Shown here: in pieces, positions 1-49,015 of the stretch | Position numbering within the stretch: the first letter of the stretch is position 1 | Layout: the number at the start of each line of letters is the position of its first letter | Assembly: GCA_030141605.1 (NCBI GenBank) | Contig: JAQGDQ010000758.1 | Span: 37,324-101,323, forward strand | Length of the DNA: 64,000 bases | Direction of reading: 5' to 3' | Source: Tubiluchus corallicola | Taxonomy: Eukaryota > Animalia > Priapulida | Position numbers and translations under genes: made by a program | Notes under the pieces: generated by a model | The model's input: the letters and a program-made list of their open reading frames with translations, nothing else | Databases searched by the model: none | Told to the model about the DNA's origin: nothing

Positions 1-3
1 CAG

Positions 4-35696
<35,693 letters not shown>

Positions 35697-36081
35697 GAGT
35701 CGCGTGTCGTTGTCATGACGACCTACGTGGCTTTTGTTTCATCGTGTGGTTTTATGTATGTGTGAATAACATGTGTATAATGTTATTATAATAATAATCA
35801 TTATTTTCTATGTTAGAATGTACAGGCTAAATGAAGGCTGTCTGCTTGCCGTTGAAAATTACATGATTTTAATGAGTGCGTGTGAAAGCGATTATTATTA
35901 TCAAATGGTTAAAGTATTACAAGTTATAATTCACTAGTTTTTTGTACGTTGTCTTACCATGTCAATTTAATCATGCACGCTTTTACATTTGAGTGTTTTT
36001 GCATTTAATTTTGTTGCCAGTTTTACAAGCTTTTAAAGTGATTTTAATCATCCATTTTTCTGTGCGTGAAATAGCCTTAGC

Positions 36082-37513
36082 GGAGCACGTTTAGACTAGA
36101 GATGTTTCCTCGCGAAGAGTTCTCTCTGAGAGTAAACTGTCAAGTGTGAACGGCTTTGCGAGTTCTCTCTGGGAGTAAACTCTCAAGTGTGAACGGCTTT
36201 GCGAGTTCTCTCAAGTGTGAACGACTTAACGAGTTCTCTCTAGGAGTAAACTCTCAAGTGTGAACGGCTTTGCGAGTTCTCTCTGAGAGTAAACTGTCGT
36301 GTGTGAACGGCTTTGCGAGTTCTCTCTAGGAGTAAACTCTCAAGTGCGAACGGCTTTGCGAGTTCTCTCTAGGAGTAAACTGTCATGTGTGAACGGCTTT
36401 GCAAGTTCTCTCTGAGAGTAAACTGTCAAGTGTGAATGGCTTTGCAAGTTCTCTCTAAGAGTAAACTCTCAAGTGCGAACGGCTTTGCGAGTTCTCTCTA
36501 GGAGTAAACTGTCATGTGTGAACGGCTTTGCAAGTTCTCTCTGAGAGTAAACTGTCAAGTGTGAACGGCTTTGCAAGTTCTCTCTAAGAGTAAACTGTCA
36601 AGTGTGAACGGCTTTGCGAGTTCTCTCTGAGAGTAAACTGTCATGTGTGAACGGCTTTGCAAGTTCTCTCTAAGAGTAAACTGTCAAGTGTGAATGGCTT
36701 TGCAAGTTCTCTCTAAGAGTAAACTGTCATGTGTGAACGGCTTTGCAAGTTCTCTCTGAGAGTAAACTGTCGTGTGTGAACGGCTTTACGAGTTCTCTCT
36801 AGGAGTAAACTCTCAAGTGCGAACGGCTTTGCGAGTTCTCTCTAAGAGTAAACTGTCAAGTGTGAACGGCTTTGCGAGTTCTCTCTAGGAGTAAACTCTC
36901 AAGTGTGAACGGCTTTGCAAGTTCTCTCTGAGAGTAAACTGTCAAGTGTGAATGGCTTTGCAAGTTCTCTCTGAGAGTAAACTGTCAAGTGTGAACGGCT
37001 TTGCAAGTTCTCTCTGAGAGTAAACTGTCAAGTGTGAACGGCTTTGCAAGTTCTCTCTGAGAGTAAACTGTCAAGTGTGAACGGCTTTGCAATTCTCTCT
37101 GAGAGTAAACTGTCAAGTGTGAACGACTTTGCGAGTTCTCTGTAGGAGTAAACTCTCAAGTGTGAACGGCTTTGCGAGTTCTCTCTGGGAGTAAACTCTC
37201 AAGTGTGAACGGCTTTGCGAGTTCTCTCAAGTGTGAACGACTTTACGAGTTCTCTCTAGGAGTAAACTCTCAAGTGTGAACAGCTTTGCAAGTTCTCTCT
37301 GAGAGTAAACTGTCAAGTGTGAACGACTTTGCAAGTTCTCTCTGAGAGTAAACTCTCAAGTGTGAATGGGTTTACAAATTCCGTCTGCAAGTTATGGCAA
37401 AAAGTTCTGAAAGTTGCAGAAAGTTCTCTCCCGAGATTCTTGCAGACAGGCTTCATTCAGTGTGAGAACTGACAGAGAGAACCTCTCGAAACAAACTCTA
37501 GTTTGAACGCTCC
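36082..37513 (+). mobile_element. PIF/Harbinger-like MITE with an internal 43-bp minisatellite (36113-37380, about 29 copies)
   Basis: Imperfect TIR GGAGCACGTTTAGACTAGAG / CTCTAGTTTGAACGCTCC; the unit contains AGTGTGAACGG, resembling Harbinger subterminal motifs. Confidence 0.65.
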
Positions 37514-37697
37514 ATCACTGTTAGATGCTGACATAGTGAACTCTTTGTTTATTGGACAATTTTTGTATATTTAGTACATGAATTATTATAATCGGTTACA
37601 AGTTTTGTAATGTATTCAGTTAATGTATCTCAACGTGTAGATATGTGTACATGTCAGATGAGTAGTTGGGAAGAAATTTTAGTTTCTCACTCAATAT

Positions 37698-38097
37698 AAT
37701 ACCCTAACCCTAATCCTAGCCCTAATCCCTAACCCCGACCCTAATCCTAATCTCTAACCCCAACCCTAACCCTAACTCTAATCCCAATCCTGACCCTAAT
37801 CGATAACCCCAACCCTAATCCTAACCCTAATCCATAATCAAAACCCTAACTCTAACCCTAATCCGTAATCCCAACCCTAACCCTGACCCTAATCCATAAT
37901 ACCAACCCTAACCCTGACCCTAATCTGTCACGCCAACCCTAACCCTAGTCCTAATCCATAATGCTAACCCTAGCCCTAATCCTTAACCACAATCCTAACT
38001 CTAACCCTAATCCGTTACACCGATCCTAACCCTATTCCTACCCCTACCCCTAACCCTAATCTTAATCTTAACCCTAATCCTAATCTTAACCCTAATC
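37698..38097. repeat. Degenerate interstitial telomere-like (CCCTAA)n tract
   Basis: About 400 bp of accctaaccctaatcct variants. Confidence 0.85.
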
Positions 38098-40749
38098 TGC
38101 TTCACGAACTAATTTCTTGTGCGAGGGAATAGTAAACCTTAGCCCTAATTTCTTGCATGTGGGGAATCTTTAGTCAGTATTTATTCTCTCTACAATACTG
38201 TCAAGCTATACCCCTTCAACCGTAGCATCATCACAAGTGCCTTGACATATCAGCTTTGGGACGCTTATCACGGGTTTAGAGTTTAGTTGTAGTTCTGGTA
38301 CCCCATCTCGGTTACCTCCTTATAACGCCTTATCGTTCCCGCTTTCAGGTAGCCAGAAATTAATCATGAAATCCAGCAAATACTCAAGTCTGTAAATACC
38401 GTGTTGGGTCAACTTTCGCTCCCGCTTTAGTCTGACCCGTGCCTTTCATAAACTTCTACCCCCCCCCCCCCCGTGCACACGAGATCCCAAACATTTGCTG
38501 ACATTCGCTGAATATTTTTAGAGACGTGGAATTGTACTTTGGGAGAATGTATTTTATACAAATGTTTCACCATTGTTCTTGATCTCAACTCATTGTTCAA
38601 GTTCACTTGCTATTTTAAAAGCATTAAAGGAAAGCGCAATATTTTTTTGTATCCTACGCCATTTTGAAGTACGATAAAAAGTATACGTACATTTAATGCC
38701 TATAATAACCTCGAAGCATTTGTGATAATTAATTAAAACTTAGTTAACAGCAAATGAGCCCAGTTAATGATGACATCACAAACAAACATAATTTTCAACA
38801 GAGAAAATATTCCAGGAGCATGAAAGCGAAAATTGAAGTACAATGCTACTCTAAGGTATTCGGTATGGTGTACCATAAACATATCACATTTACCTGCTGT
38901 GCTCACGCATGAGCTCTCGAATGTGCATAGTTCTTCAGAAACTAACACATCTGAACTCAGAGGTACAGCGCCTGTTTTTCGTGCAACGGGTTTTCGAAAT
39001 GCAGGCGCTAGGTGCCCGCGTTTGTGTGGTAATAATCCTGTTACGCAAGTCATTCTTGAACTAGATTTTTTGAAGTAGATATTTAATGGAGTAGATTGTT
39101 TTGAGGTATAACTTAAGATTGGATCGCGTTTCCTTTAATCAGATACGTATTTTTGAATAAAAGTGTAGATTGCGGTACAACTGCAGTTAACAGTGTGTCG
39201 TGGTCGACCGTTTCTCCAATTATATCTTTCCACCTGCTGTTGGTTTTGCTTCCGATGAAAAACTTACTAATGGTCGTGGTTTTCACAAATAGATGCCTTT
39301 GAGAACTGTCTAAGCGCAGAAAGGCTTGTTAATGAGTGTTTAAATTAGGTTAATTTATGTCTTCTGAAAGAAGAAAGGTGTATTGCAGAGAATCATTTGT
39401 TTGTGCTGGAAATTGTTCGTTAAAGTGTGAAATTCTCAATGCTAGAAATAAGATATCGAAAAAATCTGTTTTGATTAATCATGCTAATTAATTACTTTAG
39501 TTAATTATGATAAGCTCCGTGTTCCTAAATCATGCTGTCTGAACTTGAGTAGTGCAGTGATAAGCATTTTCACAGTTCCAGCGATTGATGGTGATCGTGA
39601 AAAGGTCAAAGGTCAAGTGTATCAGGCAACGCATTTGTGTACACTTGACAACGCCTCGCAGTCCATGCTACTGTAATAGTAACAATTTTAACAGTTAACT
39701 AGAATCTTACCTAGTTCATTTTTTCTTGTTCCCAAGCAAGATCCTGCTAGTAAATCACTCAACACGTAGACTAATGCATAATTAAGTACAGTTCAGACTA
39801 ATCGCATAATTAAGTAAAGTCCATGTAAAACAACTAAAGTTACTAAACTTGCACTTCAGACGGCTTTGCTTTACACATGTGACATAACGGTTGTAGCTAA
39901 GATGCGTTGTTGTGGTACACTTTGCCTTTGACCTACGGCAACTGCGCATGCGCACAACGAAGCCTTTGACCTACGGCAACTGCGCATGCGCACAACGAAG
40001 CCTTTGACCTATGGCAACTGCACATGCGCACAACGAAACTGTGAAAAGGCTGATTGGCACGGTTTTCTAAGCCCTATCCTTCTTACATAAATTACTGTGG
40101 CGTAAAGAGAGAGTAGTATGTGAAGTATGTGAGGTATTGTGAAGTATTATAAAGTGAGTTGAATCTTCGTTTATGAAAATTAGAGTAATAATTGCAACTA
40201 CCTCTTTTTCTACTGCATTTTGCTTCGCAGTGCGTTAGTAAGTGAATGCAAATGTTGTTGTTGTTGTTGTCATCGTCGTCGTCGTCGTCGTCGTCTGAGT
40301 TTTGTCTTGGTACGTTGGTGAACTATTATTAGGAGTGCATCTCAGAGAGCTGTTTTTTGTTAGGGGTGGGCATCGAACGTTCGAATTCAGTTCGAACGCG
40401 TTTTCTAATTCGATTCGATCCTAAACTTATAGATTCGAATACTTCAACCACATGCGTTCTCTTGTCATCAAAGCGTTTTAAGCGTCACGCAATTAGCGCC
40501 ATCTAGTAGCGATTTTTGCGCGCAATTTTTAAGCTAATTATTAGTAGTTTTACTGCAGGACAAAATCGAGTAATAGGGCCTGCGCATGATCTTTGTAAAA
40601 CCGCGTTCTACTGAAGGTTCGACTCGATTCGATTCGAATTCGAAATACTGAAATTCGGCTTGATTCGATTTCGAAAGTCATAAATTCGATTCGATTCGAT
40701 TCGCATTCGATTTCTGACAGAGAATGTTCACCTGTATTTTGCACTTTTA

Positions 40750-41762
40750 TTGTGGCGTCATTAGTTTCTAAGGGCCCTGCACTCTGGATTATCTATCGTG
40801 GTGTCATTGGTTTCTAAGTGCCCTGCACTCTGGATTATCTATCGTGGTGTCATTAGTTTCTAAGGGCCCTGCACTCTGGATTATCTATCGTGGTGTCATT
40901 AGTTTCTAAGTGCCCTGCACTCCGGATTATCTATCGTGGCGTCATTAGTTTCTAAGTGCCCTGCACTCTGGATTATCTATCGTGGTGTCATTAGTTTCTA
41001 AGGGCCCTGCACTCCGGATTATCTATCGTGGCGTCATTAGTTTCTAAGGGCCCTGCACTCCGGATTATCTATCGTGGTGTCATTAGTTTTTAAGTGCCCT
41101 GCACTCTGGATTATCTATCGTGGTGTCATTGGTTTCTAAGTGCCCTGCACTCTGGATTATCTATCGTGGCGTCATTGGTTTCTAAGTGCCCTGCACTCTG
41201 GATTATCTATCGTGGCGTCATTGGTTTCTAAGTGCCCTGCACTCTGGATTATCTATCGTGGTGTCATTGGTTTCTAAGTGCCCTGCACTCTGGATTATCT
41301 ATCGTGGTGTCATTACTTTCTAAGTGCCCTGCACTCTGGATTATCTATCGTGGTGTCATTACTTTCTAAGTGCCCTGCACTCTGGATTATCTATCGTGGC
41401 GTCATTAGTTTCTAAGTGCCCTGCACTCTGGATTATCTATCGTGGCGTCATTAGTTTCTAAGTGCCCTGCACTCTGGATTATCTATCGTGGCGTCATTAG
41501 TTTCTAAGTGCCCTGCACTCTGGATTATCTATCGTGGTGTCATTGGTTTCTAAGTGCCCTGCACTCTGGATTATCTATCGTGGTGTCATTGGTTTCTAAG
41601 TGCCCTGCACTCTGGATTATCTATCGTGGTGTCATTAGTTTCTAAGTGCCCTGCACTCTGGATTATCTATCGTGGTGTCATTAGTTTCTAAGTGCCCTGC
41701 ACTCTGGATTATCTGTCGTGGCATCATTAGTTTCTAAGTGCCCTGCACTCTGGATTATCTAT
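40750..41762. repeat. 46-bp minisatellite, about 22 copies
   Basis: Unit GTGGTGTCATTAGTTTCTAAGTGCCCTGCACTCTGGATTATCTATC. Confidence 0.95.
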
Positions 41763-41785
41763 GCCTCAGATTAACCAATCACTAT

Positions 41786-41960
41786 CGTTTTCCGAGTGGT
41801 TACGGCACGTATTTGCCGATTCGGAGGACGTGGGTTCGCGTCCTGCTATTGTCAGAGCTTTCCTAGCCATTCAGCGCTCAAACAACTCTATTCGTAGACC
41901 TGGTCAGTCTTAATTGAGTATCCGGTCATCTGAGCCACAGACTAGCCACCCGTGCTCTTC
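41786..41960 (+). mobile_element. tRNA-derived SINE relic
   Basis: A-box TCCGAGTGGTT and B-box GGTTCGCGTCC at tRNA spacing; no acceptor stem. Confidence 0.5.
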
Positions 41961-44228
41961 CTGCTCCTTGAAAGATTTGTAAACAGATGCCATAACCTCG
42001 GGGGTGGGGGCAGTCTTTTCTCTCTCTTTTTCTTCCTCATGGGGTTGGGGACCACTCTTTTTCTTTCTTCTTCTTCAACCTGTGGTTGGCACGGAAATAA
42101 TGAAGAGCACCTGTACAGGTGAAGTGCATTTTACTAATTACGATGAGATTCTATTGTGTTTATTAATGACTTAATACTAGTATAAATTAATTTGATATAG
42201 TTATAAGTTTGGAATTTCCAATTATTGATATTATAAACTACCTGTAAACCAGCTGGACAGAAAAAGAATGGAAATGCCAAAGCGGCTTAACTAACCCTCG
42301 CATTTGAACCAGGATTTTTCCCAAGCTGCCGTGGCGAAATGTTATGATCCGGAGAGACTCCCGACGATTCCGAGTTCAGTTCCCGGCTCTGCCGATCTTT
42401 TGACATTTTCCGTTTTTATTAGCATTTTGGTAAGACTGGATAAAGTTGTTCAATCAACTTTTAAGACTTTGCAAAGACGAGATTTAGGCATGTTTTAGAT
42501 TGTGCCTAAGGCACTGGGTTCAAATCCCGATAAGTACATTTCTTCACTTACTTATTTTATTTGTATTTCAGTAAAACTAGATAAAGATGGGATTTTGGAT
42601 ATTACATTAATTTACAATGTTGTTATTTCATGTGACAATATGTAGATTCCCAGTACCTAAGCGCCTAAGGCACTGAGTTCAAATACCGATAAGTACTTTT
42701 CTTCCAAGAATCATGTTTCATAACTAAATCTTTGTTGAGTTTATGATATTTTTAACCTTGTTGTTGTAAGTAAATATAGTTTGATGCTTCACAGGTTTTA
42801 TACCAGGAAAGGTTTGTCTGCTATCTTATTGTCAATTGACAATTTACCGACTAGAAATCTTTTGCTTTTATTTCACGCTGAAAATGATTTTAAAGCTGCA
42901 ATGACTTCTATTAATAGAACTTTAATGTCAGTAGGTGGCAACAGCAGTCCTGTAAACAATTTCATGTAGTGTGGTGACATCTGTCGACAAGCTGGGGAAA
43001 TACGGTGTTATTGCATGAAATTTTCTCCACAGAAATGAATTTAAACTGTTATCATTAGAAAGTCTACGTTGTTATGAGCTGAAATGAAGAGTTTAAAATA
43101 AAATGTTTCATTTTAAACGAAGACGCTTATTTTATGAGTTATTATTTAAAGCCAGTGTGTTCCTGGCTGTTATATGTTGTTTTATTTTTGTGATTTTTGT
43201 GAAAAGGTCAAAGGTTAAGTGTGCCAGACAACGTGTACACTTAACAATGCCTCGCAACCCATGCTGTTGTAATAGTAACAGTTTTAACAGCTAGCTAGAA
43301 CCTTACCTAGTTCATTTTTTCCTGTTCCCAAGCAAGATCCTGCTAGTAAATCACTCTACGCCCAGACTAATGCATAATTAAGTAAAGTCAACGTAAAACA
43401 ACTGAAGTTACTGAGCTGATGCGGCAGACGGCTATACTATGTTAGGCAGTGCTATGTTGTGTTGTGTTTTGTTTTGCTGTGCTATGTTACACAACAACTG
43501 AACAGATGATGAATAAGCCTATTCACAGGTCCAGCGATTGATGATGATCGTGAAAAGATCGAAGGTTAATTGTACCAGCCAACACATTTGTGTACACCTG
43601 ACAATGCCTCACAGCTCATGCTATTGTAATAGTAACAGTTTTAACAGCCAGCTAGAACCTTACCTAGTTCGTTTTTCTTGTTCCTGAGCAAGATCCTGCT
43701 AGTAAATCACTCTACGCGCAGACTAACTCATAGTTAAATAAAGTTCACCTAAAACAACTGAAGTTGCTGAACTGATGTTGCAGATGACTTTGCTTTACCC
43801 GCTTGACGGTTTCGGCTAAGATGCATTGCTGTGGTACACTTAACCTTTGACCTACAGCAACTGCGCGTATGCACAACGAAAGTGCGAAAAGACTTTTTTT
43901 ATTAATTCTGTATTTGTCTTTAAAAAAAATTTTTTAATTATTAAAATTAGACTTATTATATTAAAAATGTTAATTAATTATAATCGTAATTTTATGAATG
44001 TCGATTAACTATGGCAAATATGAAATTTTTGAACCGAAACTTTCCTAAAGTCTGACAGGAAAGACATGCGCAGTACCGTCTTGAAAATATTTGACCAATA
44101 GATGCCTGTTTAATCTACACAATGTCAACCGTAACTTCGAAGTTTTAATATTTACGAAATTTGGCTGCTGTCATTATTGAAGAATAATTGTTACTCTCTC
44201 TTCCTGTTTAGACAAGACGATTTAGTTT

Positions 44229-44340
44229 TGTAGTAACGCGTTCGCTTTCCGTCTGGGAGGTCGTGAGTTCGATACCAAACACTTTAAAAAGCTGCTGTTT
44301 TCCTCCCTGATGCGTGGTATTTAGGGTAAAAGTGGGGTAA
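44229..44340 (+). mobile_element. tRNA-derived SINE relic with a possible Meta/MESC-like core
   Basis: B-box GAGTTCGATACC followed by AAACACTTTAAAAA GCTGCTGTTTTCCTCCCTGATGCG...TTTAGGG, resembling the recalled Meta-SINE core. Confidence 0.4.
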
Positions 44341-44713
44341 TAGTAGTTTCTGTTATATACTTGTAGGTTGTTATTTACTGTTGACAAAAAAAACTCTTTG
44401 AGCTAATGTTAATTGTTCATACAAAAAGCCGACTTTAAATCTATCTATTATATTAATATTCTTGGTATGCTATATATATATATATATATATAAGATTCGA
44501 GGCTACAGCTTCGACGAGGGCACCATTTGCGGCGATCTATACATCAAACGAAAGGTCTCGGTCTAGTGTCGTCTCATTGGGGGTTTATTTTTCGAATCGG
44601 GCCCACCGGGAGGAACGGGGGGCGAAAAACCTCCAAAAATGGCCATTTTTCGGCCGTTTTTTGCAAAAGTTATATTTCTTATCGGCTATTTGCTGTACAA
44701 GTACTAAGTTAAT

Positions 44714-44833
44714 AACTACGGCCATATCACGTTGAAAACACCGGTTCTCGTCTGATCACCGAAGTTAAGCAACGTAGAGCCTGGTTCGTGCTTGGATGGG
44801 TGACCGCCTAGGAATACCAGGTGCTGTAGGCTT
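44714..44833 (+). pseudogene. 5S rRNA-derived sequence (SINE head)
   Basis: CTACGGCCATATCACGTTGAAAACACCGGTTCTCGTCTGATCACCGAAGTTAAGCAACG...GTGCTGTAGGCTT; no oligo-T terminator. Confidence 0.85.
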
Positions 44834-45265
44834 GCGGGATGCCCACACTGTATCTCGACACTAGGCGGAGGAGCTGCACAAGCACAAAACGGCTAGAGGG
44901 CGGAGGAGGTCAAGTGACCCAATGGCCATGTGTAGAGGAGAAAACCTTCGAAATCAGGAGTGGAGCCCCGAAGGTGGACCAGTGCAGCATGCTCACTGAC
45001 TCCGGCAGCTCCTGCAGCCAACCTGGTGCCAAACGTATAGCTCCGCTTTCCTTTGGACTACACCAGGGAGGAAGAGAGGGGGTTCCTGTTGTCTGGGCAA
45101 CTCAGGATCTCCATACACCTTGCCCAGGCGTGCGACCTGGAGACGTTCAAGGATCGCACTGCTCAGCCACAGTCGACGCTGCAGCTCCATCAATGTGATC
45201 AATAACTGACTCTCTTGGCGCACACTCCATTGTCTTCCGAGACAGAAGGATGCCAACAATCTACA
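44714..45265 (+). mobile_element. 5S rRNA-headed SINE (SINE3) with RTE-derived body, copy 2 (about 320 bp upstream of the GT49 ATG)
   Basis: Near-intact 5S 44714-44833 followed by the same body and tail as 240-790; ends GGATGCCAACAAT..CAACAA. Confidence 0.87.
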
Positions 45266-45581
45266 ACAAGATTGTTTTGACGTACAGTTTAAGATTGGGA
45301 CCGGTTTTGCTTTAATAGAGAAGGATTTTGAGTAATTAGCTGATGTGAAGGCAGGTAGCGGTTGCCAGCTTGTTTATGAACTAAATGCAGCTTGTCTAAC
45401 AACAAATTTCCCTCCGGGTCTGACCTTGTTCTGTTACTTGTAAAATAAACTTCGTTAGCCAATGAGTATTAGTATTGCTTAGAAGTTTTGAATCGTAGTT
45501 TTAAGTTGAAAGCGAAAAATGTTAACGTGAGTTGAAAAATCAATAAATTCACCGACGGACATTTTGTCTGCTACGTCACAA

Positions 45582-47446
<1,865 letters not shown>

Positions 47447-47459
<13 letters not shown>

Positions 47460-49015
47460 TGAAGTGTAGTGTAATGTAGTGCAGTGTAATATAATGTGAA
47501 TTTATAATGTAGTGAAATGTAATGCAATGTGAATTTGTAATGTAGTGCAATTAATATAATGTGAATTTGTAATGTGGTGCAATTAATATAATGTGAATTT
47601 GTAATGTAGTGCAATTAATATAATGTGAATTTGTAATGTGGTGCAATTAATATAATGTGAATTTGTAATGTGGTGCAATTAATATAATGTGAATTTGTAA
47701 TGTAGTGCAATGTAATATAATGTGAATTTGTAATGTGGTGCAATTAATATAATGTGAATTTGTAATGTGGTGAAATGTAATGTAATGTGAATTTGTAATG
47801 TGGTGCAATTAATATAATGTGAATTTGTAATGTAGTGCAATTAATATAATGTGAATTTGTAATGTGGTGCAATTAATATAATGTGATTTTGTAATGTGGT
47901 GCAATTAATATAATGTGATTTTGTAATGTGGTGCAATCAATATAATGTGATTTTGTAATGTGGTGCAATTAATATAATGTGAATTTGTAATGTGGTGCAA
48001 TTAATATAATGTGAATTTGTAATGTGGTGCAGTTAATATAATGTGATTTTGTAATGTGGTGCAATTAATATAATGTGAATTTGTAATGTGGTGCAATTAA
48101 TATAATGTGATTTTGTAATGTGGTGCAATTAATATAATGTGATTTTGTAATGTGGTGCAATCAATATAATGTGATTTTGTAATGTGGTGCAATTAATATA
48201 ATGTGAATTTGTAATGTGGTGCAATTAATATAATGTGAATTTGTAATGTGGTGCAATTAATATAATGTGATTTTGTAATGTGGTGCAATTAATATAATGT
48301 GAATTTGTAATGTGGTGCAATTAATATAATGTGATTTTGTAATGTGGTGCAATTAATATAATGTGAATTTATAATGTGGTGCAATTAATATAATGTGATT
48401 TTGTAATGTAGTGCAATTAATATAATGTGAATTTGTAATGTGGTGCAATTAATATAATGTGAATTTGTAATGTGGTGCAATTAATATAATGTGAATTTGT
48501 AATGTGGTGCAATTAATATAATGTGAATTTGTAATGTAGTGCAATTAATATAATGTGAATTTGTAATGTGGTGCAATTAATATAATGTGAATTTGTAATG
48601 TAGTGCAATTAATATAATGTGAATTTGTAATGTGGTGCAATCAATATAACGTGATTTTGTAATGTGGTGCAATCAATATAATGTGATTTTGTAATGTGAT
48701 GCAATTAATATAATGTGAATTAGTAATGTGGTGCAATTAATATAATGTGAATTTGTAATGTGGTGCAATTAATATAATGTGATTTTGTAATGTGGTGCAA
48801 TTAATATAATGTGATTTTGTAATGTGGTGCAATTAATATAATGTGATTTTGTGATGTGGTGCAATTAATATAATGTGAATTTGTAATGTGGTGCAAGTAA
48901 TATAATGTGAATTTATAATGTGGTGCAATTAATATAATGTGAATTTGTAATGTGGTGCAATTAATATAATGTGAATTTGTATGTAGTGAATGTAATGTAG
49001 TGTAACATAATGTAA
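47447..49015. repeat. 32-bp AT-rich minisatellite, about 47 copies, starting at the GT49 stop codon
   Basis: Unit AATGTGAATTTGTAATGTGGTGCAATTAATAT. Confidence 0.95.

Noticed and set aside
41786-41850. tRNA genes (also 44229-44280 and 42505-42530)
   Set aside because: A/B-box-like motifs only; no complete cloverleaf or acceptor stem, so better explained as SINE heads.
44440-44712. Possible Helitron-like 5' end (TCTAT..(TA)n) upstream of SINE copy 2
   Set aside because: No 3' hairpin/CTAG end or second copy found in the window.
44714-44833. Functional 5S rRNA genes
   Set aside because: There is no T-run terminator, the copies are not tandem, stems carry substitutions, and both are fused to the same retroelement-like body.
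44839-45198. 119-aa ORF (and 470..730, 484..726) as small proteins
   Set aside because: The reading frame is not conserved between the two SINE copies because of indels; only the last few codons resemble an RTE ORF remnant.
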